Positions 1-8,498 of a stretch of DNA of 64,000 nucleotides are shown piece after piece. The translations under genes were made by a program, and so were the position numbers. The stretch spans positions 227,178-291,177 of the forward strand of contig JAFXDI010000001.1 in the NCBI GenBank assembly GCA_017521245.1, in the 5' to 3' direction. The notes under the pieces were generated by a model, which was not told the DNA's origin, searched no databases, and worked only from the letters and a program-made list of their open reading frames with translations. The DNA is from Bacteroidales bacterium. GTDB lineage: Bacteria; Bacteroidota; Bacteroidia; Bacteroidales; G3-4614. The first letter of the stretch is position 1. Each line of letters begins with the position of its first letter.

Positions 1-294
1 ACTTGCCAATCCACCTTCCCATATCTTAAATATCTCAATAGGGTTGCTGGTGTAATAGTCCCAATCATAAAAAAAGCAGTGGCCTAATCTTGCACCAATA
101 ATAGTAGCAACTATAACATATACAAAAAGTTTATCGCACCAATCATCGGGAGCTTTATCGTTTTTAAATATTTTAGCCTCAATATAATAACCAACCAAAA
201 AACCTATGGCAAATAGTAAACCATACCATCTTATCTCAAGAGGTCCTAAAGAAAATATGGCAGGATCAGCATTCCAAACTACAGAACTAAGCAT
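1..294 (-). CDS. lgt: Prolipoprotein diacylglyceryl transferase, N-terminal part (gene runs off the window start)
   Basis: My own minus-strand translation from the ATG at 294-292 gives MLSSVVWNADPAIFSLGPLEIRWYGLLFAIGFLVGYY...IFKIWEGGLAS. The TM-rich pattern and the W-x-GGLAS motif are typical of Lgt. It is absent from the ORF track because it is truncated. Confidence 0.75.
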   Translation of the reverse strand, partial: MLSSVVWNADPAIFSLGPLEIRWYGLLFAIGFLVGYYIEAKIFKNDKAPDDWCDKLFVYVIVATIIGARLGHCFFYDWDYYTSNPIEIFKIWEGGLAS

Positions 295-311
295 ATTAAT
301 ACTCTATAAAA

Positions 312-1208
312 TTAAACCAAATGTGAAATCCACTCTTCTCTATCTCCTGGCAATAAATCTATAACAGGCACTTCGGGCATTGTATAGCAACCGGGTTGTT
401 GACGGAATGTTGCACGAGCAGCATTAACCAACATTTGAGCAGTAAGAGCAGGGTTGTTAATCTTCATATTAAACTCAAAAAGTTGATTTTGTGTTTTGCC
501 CGATACTCCCTTGCGACACATCATAACGCCATGCCCCATATCCAAAAGGTTGTCAACACACTCAACCTGCATAACATGAGTCTCATCATTAACAAAGTAT
601 GCATCAGCCTTAATCGCTTTAGCAACCTCTTCAAACTTATACCCGTCTTCAACTTCAATATATACCATTCTCCTGTGAATACCAGTTCCAACAGGAATTG
701 TCATAGAGAGAGCAGCCTTAACACCCTCTATTGCTTTAACAGCAACAGTGTGTCCCATACTCATACCGGGTCCAAAGTTGGTATAAGTAATACCTTTAGG
801 TGCGGCAGCCTCCATTAGAGTACGAACAACAGAGTCGCTACCCGGGTCCCAACCGGCCGATATTATAGCCACAGCTCCACTCTCTTTTGCAATCTTATCA
901 AGGTTTGCCCTTAATGCAGTAATACCCGAGTGAATATCAAAACTATCGGCAGTATTAATACCCATTGCCAATATCTCTTTTGCATACTCCTCAACTTTAC
1001 GGGTAGGAGTGGCAAGAATAGCAACATCAACATTTTCAAGATCCTTAATATTGCTAACCACTTTATATTTTTTTATCTCTTCAGGAATATCATTGACATT
1101 ACGTCTAACAATTCCCGCAACCTCCATATCGCACGAAGCCTCAATGGCATCGATGGTAAATTTTCCAATATTGCCATATCCAACAACGGCAACTCTCATC
1201 TTTTTCAT
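312..1208 (-). CDS. ddh: meso-diaminopimelate D-dehydrogenase
   Basis: The N-terminal Rossmann motif MRVAVVGYGNIGK and overall similarity to Ddh (GMSMGHTVAVK, GIHRRMVYIEV) support the call. I chose the internal ATG at 1208 (MKKMRVAVVGYG) over the track start at 1235. Confidence 0.85.
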   Translation of the reverse strand: MKKMRVAVVGYGNIGKFTIDAIEASCDMEVAGIVRRNVNDIPEEIKKYKVVSNIKDLENVDVAILATPTRKVEEYAKEILAMGINTADSFDIHSGITALRANLDKIAKESGAVAIISAGWDPGSDSVVRTLMEAAAPKGITYTNFGPGMSMGHTVAVKAIEGVKAALSMTIPVGTGIHRRMVYIEVEDGYKFEEVAKAIKADAYFVNDETHVMQVECVDNLLDMGHGVMMCRKGVSGKTQNQLFEFNMKINNPALTAQMLVNAARATFRQQPGCYTMPEVPVIDLLPGDREEWISHLV

Positions 1209-1302
1209 ATCTATAAATAAATTTTTGACACACAAAAATAATATATTGTTGCTAAAAATAATCGAAATTAAATATTTTTAAATAAACTATAAATATAATT
1301 AT

Positions 1303-4300
1303 CTATACCGCAATCCATTTCTTCGCATCATCTAAAGCAATACCTCTCTTTTTGCAATACTCTTCTCGTTGATTATCATCAATAGTTAAGGTAAAATATC
1401 TTGCATTAGGGTTAGCAATCATAAAACCACATACTGAGGCATTTGGGTACATGGCTCCGTTCTCGGTAACTTCAATACCCAACTTGTCAAAATCAACAAG
1501 ATTTTTCATCTCAAACATAAGTGATTGGTCGGGTAGGGAAGGGTAGCCTATTGCCGGTCTAATACCAATACAATTACCTTTAATAATATTTGCAACATTT
1601 TTCTCTTCTGTTACGTAGCCCCACAAATCAGTTCTTACAAGGTAGTGGGTATATGCAGTAGCTGCTTCTGCTAAACGGTCAGCAACAGATTGCAAAAGTA
1701 CCGATTTATAATCCTCTCCGCTGCTTTTCAAATGCTCTATATATGATTGAATATCTCTACCAACAGTAACAGCAAAAGTTGCAATATAGTCCTCTAAGCC
1801 ACTCTTCTTAGGTAGAATAAAATCAGAAAGAGCAAGATAGCCATCCTCGTTATTTTCCCTCTTCTTCTGTTGGCGTAGGGTTGGAATTATAACATCATTA
1901 TCACTTTTAATAATAATGTTATTATCTTTTGAGCTCGCATTGTAGAATGATACAGATGCTTTAATCTTTGGATTAAGTTTATCGCAAATCTCCTTTATAA
2001 TCCTTAAACAATCTTTATGTAGTTGCATAGCCTCTGAAGCCTCTTTTCTTTCCTCTTCAGCAAAAGATGTAAGCCACGATGCTTTGCAGTGGTCACATCC
2101 ATTAAGATATGCAATAGAAGCAAACTTGCCACTCAATTTCCAAACATTAAAAAGTTGTCCCCAATTAATATAATCAACAAGTTCGCTAATTTCAAAAGAT
2201 AAATCTATCTCTTTGTTCAGTACCTTAGGGGTAGTAGGAGTATAACCATTGCAACAACTCATATCTCTTAACCCTTCGGCAACAACCATAGGAACAGTCT
2301 CGTCACATTTAGTACACTCTCTCAAAAGATGTTGTCGCTCTTTAATCTCTTTAATATAACTCTCTCTAACCTTCTCATTAGTCAGTTTGGCTGCAATAAT
2401 TGGGTCTTGCGAGGCATCCTTAACATACACTACCGCACCACTATAAAGAGGTGCAATTTTAACAGCAGTATGCAACTCCGAGGTTGTTGCACCACCAATT
2501 AACAAAGGAATATCCAACCCTCGTTTTTCAAGTTCACGAGCAATACTGCACATCTCGTTGAGCGATGGAGTAATAAGTCCGCTAACGCCTATAATATCAG
2601 CACCAACTTCAACCGCTTTATCAATAATAGTTTCGGCTGCAACCATAACACCAAGGTCAATAACCTCATAATTGTTGCACCCTAAAACAACCGAAACAAT
2701 ATTCTTTCCAATATCGTGAACATCGCCCTTAACTGTAGCCAAAACAATTTTACCGGCACTCTTTTGTGAAGAACTATTTTCGTTCTTAATATAAGGTTGA
2801 AGAATCTCAACGGCACACTTCATAGTTCTGGCACTCTTAACTACTTGAGGTAAAAACATCTTACCTTCACCAAACAGAGAGCCAACCCTATTCATTCCAT
2901 CCATAAGAGGACCTTCAATAATAGCAACTGCCGAGCCATATTGTGTTAAAGCCTCATTAATATCACTCTCCAAGTTGTCGCTATTCCCTTTAACAAGAGC
3001 ATTGCTTAACCTCTCTGCAATGGTAAAATTTTCTTCTGGTATTATCTGTGTCGCATTACTTTCCACCTTAACCTCTTTAACACTCTCAGCAATCTCAATC
3101 AAACACTCTGTTGCATCATCCTTTCGGTTAAGAATAACATCCTCAACAGCCTCTAAAATCTTCTCGGGAATATCATTATAGTTTACGTTCGTTGTAGGGT
3201 TAAGAATTGCCATATCCATACCTGCATTAATAGCATGGTATAAGAATACAGAGTGCATAACCTCTCTGATGTAGTTATTTCCTCTGAACGAGAACGAAAG
3301 GTTACTTACACCTCCGCTAACCTTTGCGTGAGGAAGGTTTGTCTTTATCCAACGAGTAGCCTCAATAAAGTCTTTAGCGTAATTTTTATGTTCATCAATA
3401 CCTGTTGCAACAGCCAAAATATTGGGGTCAAAAATAATATCTTCAGCCTTAAAGTTGCACTCAGTTGTCAATATATCGTACGCTCTTTTACAAACAACAA
3501 TTTTTCGGTTAAAAGTGTCAGCTTGTCCCTCTTCGTCAAAAGCCATAACCACAACCGCAGCCCCCATATCTCTAATGCGTTTAGCCCTCTCTTTGAATAT
3601 CTCTTCACCCTCTTTAAGACTTATAGAGTTTACAATAGCTTTACCCTGTACATTTTTCAATCCTGCCTCAATAACTTCCCAATCCGAAGAGTCAATCATA
3701 AAAGGAACTCTGCAAATTTCAGGCTCTGCGGCAAGAAGTCTGAGAAAGGTAATCACCTCCTCTTTAGCATTTAACATGCCATCATCCATATTGATGTCAA
3801 TAATTTGAGCACCATCGTTAACCTGTTTAAGAGCAATTGATAGAGCCTCGCTGTAACTCTTCTCATTAATCAACCTCAAAAACTTTCTTGAACCAGCAAC
3901 ATTACATCTCTCGCCAACATTAACAAAGTTATTCTCCTTGCATACAGTCAAAGGCTCAAGTCCGGCCAAAACAAGTTTACACTCCTTCTCGGGGAGAGTG
4001 TGAGGCTTACCATTTTTAGCAATTTCAGCAATAAGTTTAATATGCTCAGGAGTAGTTCCACAACAACCACCAATAATATTTACAAGTTGCTCCTCAATAT
4101 ATGGCTTAATATCATTTGCCATTAATAGGGGAGTTTGGTCATACTCTCCAAATCTGTTAGGTAAACCAGCATTAGGATGAACCGATATCGCAAAAGGAGC
4201 AATCTCCGATAATCTGCGTAAAAAAGGTAAAATATCCTTAGCTCCAAAAGAACAGTTAATTCCAACTGTTGTAATAGGAGCATGAGATATTGACGCAACA

Positions 4301-4980
4301 AAAGCTTCAAGTGTCTGCCCGGAGAGAGTACGACCTGTGTTGTCGGCAATAGTAACCGATATCATCAATGGAAGTTCAATACCTTTCTTCTTAAACAGAT
4401 ACTCCACAGCATCAATCGCACACTTTAAGTTAAGAGTGTCAAAGACAGTCTCTAAAAGAATAATATCAACACCCTCATCAATAAGCACCTCAATCTGCTC
4501 GCAATATGCATTATAGAGTTCATCGTATGTAATTGCTCTTGCGGCAGGGTTATTAACATAGGGGGAGATAGAACAACTCTTATTGGTAGGTCCAACACTA
4601 CCTGCAACAAAGCGAGGTTTATCGGTAGTAGAGAACTCTTTTACGGCCTCTTTAGCAACTCTTACAGCACATCTGTTAATTTCCTTTACATAACTTTCTA
4701 AACCATAATCACTCATCGAAACCGATGTAGCATTAAAACTATTAGTCTCAATAATATCAGCACCAGCCTCAAGGTACGCTTTATGAATATTCTTGATTAT
4801 GTTAGGTTGGGTGAGAACTAAAATATCGTTATTTCCTTTTAATTCATTTTGATAATCCTTAAATAAATCCCCTCTAAAATCATTCTCGCTCAAATTTAAC
4901 TTCTGAATTTCAGTACCCATAGCACCATCCAGAATAAGAATACGACTATTTAGAAGTTCTCTCAGGTTGTATATTGACAT
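1303..4980 (-). CDS. metH: Cobalamin-dependent methionine synthase
   Basis: At 1225 aa it contains Hcy-binding, pterin-binding and B12-binding (GDVHDIGKNIV) domains plus the AdoMet reactivation domain. Confidence 0.95.
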   Translation of the reverse strand: MSIYNLRELLNSRILILDGAMGTEIQKLNLSENDFRGDLFKDYQNELKGNNDILVLTQPNIIKNIHKAYLEAGADIIETNSFNATSVSMSDYGLESYVKEINRCAVRVAKEAVKEFSTTDKPRFVAGSVGPTNKSCSISPYVNNPAARAITYDELYNAYCEQIEVLIDEGVDIILLETVFDTLNLKCAIDAVEYLFKKKGIELPLMISVTIADNTGRTLSGQTLEAFVASISHAPITTVGINCSFGAKDILPFLRRLSEIAPFAISVHPNAGLPNRFGEYDQTPLLMANDIKPYIEEQLVNIIGGCCGTTPEHIKLIAEIAKNGKPHTLPEKECKLVLAGLEPLTVCKENNFVNVGERCNVAGSRKFLRLINEKSYSEALSIALKQVNDGAQIIDINMDDGMLNAKEEVITFLRLLAAEPEICRVPFMIDSSDWEVIEAGLKNVQGKAIVNSISLKEGEEIFKERAKRIRDMGAAVVVMAFDEEGQADTFNRKIVVCKRAYDILTTECNFKAEDIIFDPNILAVATGIDEHKNYAKDFIEATRWIKTNLPHAKVSGGVSNLSFSFRGNNYIREVMHSVFLYHAINAGMDMAILNPTTNVNYNDIPEKILEAVEDVILNRKDDATECLIEIAESVKEVKVESNATQIIPEENFTIAERLSNALVKGNSDNLESDINEALTQYGSAVAIIEGPLMDGMNRVGSLFGEGKMFLPQVVKSARTMKCAVEILQPYIKNENSSSQKSAGKIVLATVKGDVHDIGKNIVSVVLGCNNYEVIDLGVMVAAETIIDKAVEVGADIIGVSGLITPSLNEMCSIARELEKRGLDIPLLIGGATTSELHTAVKIAPLYSGAVVYVKDASQDPIIAAKLTNEKVRESYIKEIKERQHLLRECTKCDETVPMVVAEGLRDMSCCNGYTPTTPKVLNKEIDLSFEISELVDYINWGQLFNVWKLSGKFASIAYLNGCDHCKASWLTSFAEEERKEASEAMQLHKDCLRIIKEICDKLNPKIKASVSFYNASSKDNNIIIKSDNDVIIPTLRQQKKRENNEDGYLALSDFILPKKSGLEDYIATFAVTVGRDIQSYIEHLKSSGEDYKSVLLQSVADRLAEAATAYTHYLVRTDLWGYVTEEKNVANIIKGNCIGIRPAIGYPSLPDQSLMFEMKNLVDFDKLGIEVTENGAMYPNASVCGFMIANPNARYFTLTIDDNQREEYCKKRGIALDDAKKWIAV

Positions 4981-4992
4981 AAAAATAAAATA

Positions 4993-5556
4993 CTATTTAA
5001 TAATTTTATTGGGGTTTTTAGAAATAAACTCTTTCCAACTCTTGCATCCCTTTCCTGTAATTGGCGATTTCATTTGATAAAAGTGGCATAATGCAGCCGC
5101 AACAGCATCCGTAGCGTCAAGTTGGGGAGCCATCTTCTCATCGGGTATATGTAAAATACGTTTAAGCATATCAGCCACTTGCTCTTTTGAAGCAGCACCA
5201 TTGCCGGTAACAGCCATTTTAATTTTAAGGGGAGCATACTCTGTAATAGGTAATTCGTGATGAATAGCGGCAGCCATAGCAACACCTTGAGCTCTACCAA
5301 GTTTTAGCATCGATTGCACATTCTTTCCAAAAAAAGGAGCCTCAATAGCCAACTCTTTAGGAGAGTATTGAGTAATTAAACTTGAAACACGTTCATATAT
5401 TCTGTTGAGTCTAACATAATGACTCTCAAACTTATTAAGTTTAAGAGTGCCCATCACCACTAACGATGGTTCTTTACCATTACACTCTATAATACCATAG
5501 CCCATAACGTTAGTACCGGGGTCAATGCCTAATATTTTAATATTTGTATCTGCCAT
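4993..5556 (-). CDS. ruvC: Crossover junction endodeoxyribonuclease RuvC
   Basis: The N-terminal [16 protein letters not shown] motif and the ~187 aa length match RuvC. The gene sits 12 nt upstream of metH, so they are probably co-transcribed. Confidence 0.92.
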   Translation of the reverse strand: MADTNIKILGIDPGTNVMGYGIIECNGKEPSLVVMGTLKLNKFESHYVRLNRIYERVSSLITQYSPKELAIEAPFFGKNVQSMLKLGRAQGVAMAAAIHHELPITEYAPLKIKMAVTGNGAASKEQVADMLKRILHIPDEKMAPQLDATDAVAAALCHFYQMKSPITGKGCKSWKEFISKNPNKIIK

Positions 5557-5573
5557 TCTTTACTATTAAAGTA

Positions 5574-5581
5574 CAAATATA
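5574..5581 (-). promoter_or_regulatory. Candidate -7 promoter box TATATTTG for ruvC-metH
   Basis: The reverse complement of caaatata matches the Bacteroidetes TAnnTTTG consensus. It lies 18 nt upstream of the ruvC ATG. Confidence 0.45.
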
Positions 5582-5588
5582 CGATTAA

Positions 5589-5905
5589 GCGAGCGAAATA
5601 ATATCAAGTTTACTTGAATATTTCACAGCGAGTGGAAGTATATTGGAGGTTTACCTCAAATATAGAATAAAAAAGCGAGCGAAATAATATCAAGTTTACT
5701 TGAATATTTCACAGCGAGCGAAAGTATATTGGAGGTTTACCTCAAATATAGAATAAAAAAGCGAGCGAAATAATATCAAGTTTACTTGAATATTTCACAG
5801 CGAGTGGAAGTATATTGGAGGTTTCCCTCAAATATACAATAAATAAACGAGCGAGAAATAAGAAGTTAACTTCAATATTTTTACGCCGAGAGCGAATGAT
5901 TTTTG
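5589..5905. repeat. Tandem repeat with an 86-bp unit: three near-identical copies (5589-5674, 5675-5760, 5761-5847) plus a degenerate fourth copy
   Basis: Direct reading shows copies 1 and 2 differ at 2 positions. Each unit holds two imperfect hairpins with the same TTTAC loop (gaaataatatcaag-tttac-ttgaatatttc and tatattggagg-tttac-ctcaaatata). Confidence 0.9.
5657..5836 (-). promoter_or_regulatory. Three reiterated -7-like boxes TATATTTG (5657-5664, 5743-5750, 5829-5836), one per repeat unit, all pointing toward ruvC
   Basis: The reverse complement of caaatata in each unit is the same octamer as the proximal ruvC box. The -33 partners are weak. Confidence 0.3.
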
Positions 5906-6164
5906 ACTATATCATAAATAAAACAAAGAAAAATCAAACAAAATGTGAAATTCTATATCTAAAATAGTGCTAATACAAAAAAATATATATAATATTGTAT
6001 CTGTAACCAAAAAGAGGGAATATATAGAAGTTTAACCGATAATACAGATTTATATCGTTATCGTTTTGTTAATTATATTTAGAGATAATCTTTTATTTTT
6101 TTTGATAAATATTATACTCTAAAGCAACCTATCCCTTAATATTTTGAAATAACAAAGTACTGAG

Positions 6165-6194
6165 TCCATTAATTGTGCTCAATTAATGGATTTT
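6165..6194 (+). terminator. Orphan plus-strand terminator-like hairpin
   Basis: The sequence tccattaatt-gtgctc-aattaatgga forms a 10-bp stem followed by ttttgtaatgtttttt. No plus-strand gene lies upstream. Confidence 0.4.
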
Positions 6195-6216
6195 GTAATG
6201 TTTTTTCATGATTTTG

Positions 6217-6251
6217 ATGTGGTGTGTCCGTGAGGTTGCACCACATTTTTT
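6217..6251 (+). terminator. Orphan plus-strand intrinsic terminator-like hairpin
   Basis: The sequence atgtggtg-(14 nt loop)-caccacat is followed by a T run. No plus-strand gene lies upstream. Confidence 0.45.
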
Positions 6252-6324
6252 ATGAGAAAGTTATGGAGTTATTGAATATATATTGTAGGGAAGTGTAATG
6301 CTATTTATAATTTTATCTGAAACA

Positions 6325-6358
6325 TAAAAAAGTTCCAAAATCTTTCGACTTTGGAACT
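6325..6358 (-). terminator. Intrinsic terminator of gdhA
   Basis: The minus-strand RNA reads AGUUCCAAA...UUUGGAACU followed by UUUUUUAUGUUU, about 27 nt after the gdhA stop. Confidence 0.7.
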
Positions 6359-6384
6359 TAAATATTGAGTATTGTCTATATTAA

Positions 6385-7719
6385 TTACAAAACACCTTGA
6401 GCCATCATTGCTTTAGCAACTTTCATGAATCCAGCAACGTTTGCACCCTTAACATAGTTGATGTATCCATCCTCTTGTTTTCCGTAAAGAGTACATTGAG
6501 AGTGAATATCTTTCATAATTGATTGAAGTTTAGCGTCAACTTCTTCTCTGCTCCAACTTAGTTTAATTGAGTTTTGAGTCATCTCCAAACCACTAACAGA
6601 AACACCTCCGGCATTAGCCGCTTTACCAGGAGCATAAAGAATCTTGGCATTCAAGAACTCCGCAATAGCGTCGGGAGTTGAAGGCATATTTGCACCCTCT
6701 GATACAGCAAAACATCCGTTTGCAAGAAGTGCGCGAGCATCATCTCCGTCAATCTCATTTTGAGTTGCACTTGGCATTGCAATATCGCATTTCTCATTCC
6801 AAGGACGAGCGCCTTCAACATATTTGCAACCATATTTCTCAGCATACTCTCTAATGCGTCCGCGTTGAACATTTTTTAGGTTGAATATGAAAGCAAGTTT
6901 CTCTTCATCAATACCATCTGGGTCGTAAATATAGCCATTACTATCTGACATTGTAATAACCTTAGCACCAAGGCTGATAAGTTTCTTAACTGTATATTGA
7001 GCAACATTACCCGATCCTGATACAGCAACTACTTTATCTTTAATGTCAATGCCTTTGGTTTTTAGCATCTCAAGCAAGAAATATACGTTACCATAACCTG
7101 TTGCTTCAGGGCGAACCAATGATCCACCAAACTCAATACCTTTACCTGTGAAAGTACCAGTGTTTTCAAGAGCCATTTTTTTGTACATTCCATACATGTA
7201 ACCAACTTCACGACCACCAACACCAATATCACCAGCAGGAACGTCAGTTTGAGGTCCTATATGACGCCACAACTCAGTAACGAATGCTTGGCAGAAACGC
7301 ATAACCTCCATATCAGATTTACCACGGGGGCTGAAGTCTGAACCTCCTTTACCACCACCCATAGGTAGAGTAGTAAGCGAGTTTTTGAAAGTTTGCTCAA
7401 AAGCAAGGAATTTCAAAATAGAAAGGTTTACAGAAGAGTGGAAACGGATACCACCTTTGTAGGGACCAATAGCGTTATTGTGTTGGATACGATAACCCAT
7501 GTTAGTTTGAACTTGACCTTTGTCATCAACCCAAGTAACTCTAAAAGTGAAAACTCTGTCAGGAATACAAAGTCTTTCAATCAAATTATATTTATCAAAC
7601 TCAGGGTGTTTGTTGTACTCCTCTTCAATTGTCATTAAAACCTCTTCAACTGCTTGATGATATTCAGGCTCGTTGGGAAAGCGTCTTTTCAAATCGCTTA
7701 AAACTTTTTTAACTTCCAT
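6385..7719 (-). CDS. gdhA: NAD(P)-specific glutamate dehydrogenase
   Basis: At 444 aa it carries the GDH signature LPMGGGKGGSDF and a dinucleotide fold (VSGSGNVAQY). Confidence 0.95.
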   Translation of the reverse strand: MEVKKVLSDLKRRFPNEPEYHQAVEEVLMTIEEEYNKHPEFDKYNLIERLCIPDRVFTFRVTWVDDKGQVQTNMGYRIQHNNAIGPYKGGIRFHSSVNLSILKFLAFEQTFKNSLTTLPMGGGKGGSDFSPRGKSDMEVMRFCQAFVTELWRHIGPQTDVPAGDIGVGGREVGYMYGMYKKMALENTGTFTGKGIEFGGSLVRPEATGYGNVYFLLEMLKTKGIDIKDKVVAVSGSGNVAQYTVKKLISLGAKVITMSDSNGYIYDPDGIDEEKLAFIFNLKNVQRGRIREYAEKYGCKYVEGARPWNEKCDIAMPSATQNEIDGDDARALLANGCFAVSEGANMPSTPDAIAEFLNAKILYAPGKAANAGGVSVSGLEMTQNSIKLSWSREEVDAKLQSIMKDIHSQCTLYGKQEDGYINYVKGANVAGFMKVAKAMMAQGVL

Positions 7720-7825
7720 TTTTTTATAAATTTAAAATTGTTATTAATTCAAAACACTTATCTTGTATAACCTATTTGTGTGTTGTTTTGTTTGCAACCT
7801 GATAGGCGTTTTTTCAAGACCGATG

Positions 7826-7833
7826 CAAAGGTA
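7826..7833 (-). promoter_or_regulatory. Candidate -7 box TACCTTTG for gdhA
   Basis: The reverse complement of caaaggta lies about 107 nt upstream of the ATG. Confidence 0.45.
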
Positions 7834-8029
7834 ATATACTAAAACGTAATTTTGCAACTTTTTTACGATTTTTTTTGACAAAAGATGATTTTTTTACACT
7901 TGTACTAACAAAAAGTTATCATAATTGCAAAAAATATGCCTTTTTGTTACAAAATATATTCGTAAAATATACACCAAATATACAACTAAATAAAATTGCT
8001 AACCTATTGTTATACTCGCACATATTTAT

Positions 8030-8037
8030 TATCTTCG
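8030..8037 (+). promoter_or_regulatory. Candidate -7 box TATCTTCG (TTCG variant) for the dut operon
   Basis: The sequence tattatcttcgcacc lies 23 nt upstream of the dut ATG. Confidence 0.45.
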
Positions 8038-8059
8038 CACCATAAACAAATTAAACAAA

Positions 8060-8497
8060 ATGGTAAAGGTAAAAGTTATAAATAAAGGAAAACATGCACT
8101 TCCCGAATACGGAACATTGCATGCAGCAGGAATGGATGTAAGAGCCAATCTTTCGGAATCGGTAACGTTAAAACCTATGGAGCGTAAAATAATACCCACA
8201 GGTTTATATATTGAGTTGCCCGAAGGATATGAGGCACAATTACGACCACGTAGTGGATTAGCAATAAAAAAAGGAATAACACTTTTAAATACTCCAGGAA
8301 CAATTGATGCCGATTATAGAGGCGAGGTAGGAGTTATATTAATAAATCTTTCGCAAGAAGACTTTATTGTAGAAGATGGCGAGCGCATATGTCAAATGGT
8401 AATAAAACCATATACTCGAATTGAGTGGGAAGAGACAGAAACTCTTGAAGATAGCGAAAGAGGAGCAGGAGGCTTTGGACATACAGGAGTAAAATAA
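8060..8497 (+). CDS. dut: dUTP diphosphatase
   Basis: At 145 aa it shows the motifs RPRSGLA and [11 protein letters not shown]. Confidence 0.95.
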   Translation: MVKVKVINKGKHALPEYGTLHAAGMDVRANLSESVTLKPMERKIIPTGLYIELPEGYEAQLRPRSGLAIKKGITLLNTPGTIDADYRGEVGVILINLSQEDFIVEDGERICQMVIKPYTRIEWEETETLEDSERGAGGFGHTGVK

Positions 8498-8498
8498 G

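Noticed and set aside
2975-4349. Several 68-173-aa ORFs lie antisense to or out of frame with metH. Similar shadow ORFs sit inside gdhA, recN, the GH2 gene, sbcC, thrS, pgk and topB.
   Set aside because: They are fully nested in long genes that have strong homology-type motifs. Their translations are low-complexity or Leu/Ser/Phe-rich, as is typical of AT-rich antisense frames. They have no promoter boxes of their own.
5589-5905. The tandem 86-bp repeats could be a CRISPR array.
   Set aside because: The units are directly contiguous with no unique spacers. The unit length of 86 bp is far outside CRISPR repeat sizes. No cas genes are present in the window.
5896-5967. A 23-codon ORF (MIFDYIINKTKKNQTKCEILYLK) lies just after the tandem array.
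   Set aside because: There is no promoter box or conservation evidence. Its composition is simply that of AT-rich DNA. It is mentioned only as the longest plus-strand ORF in the gap.
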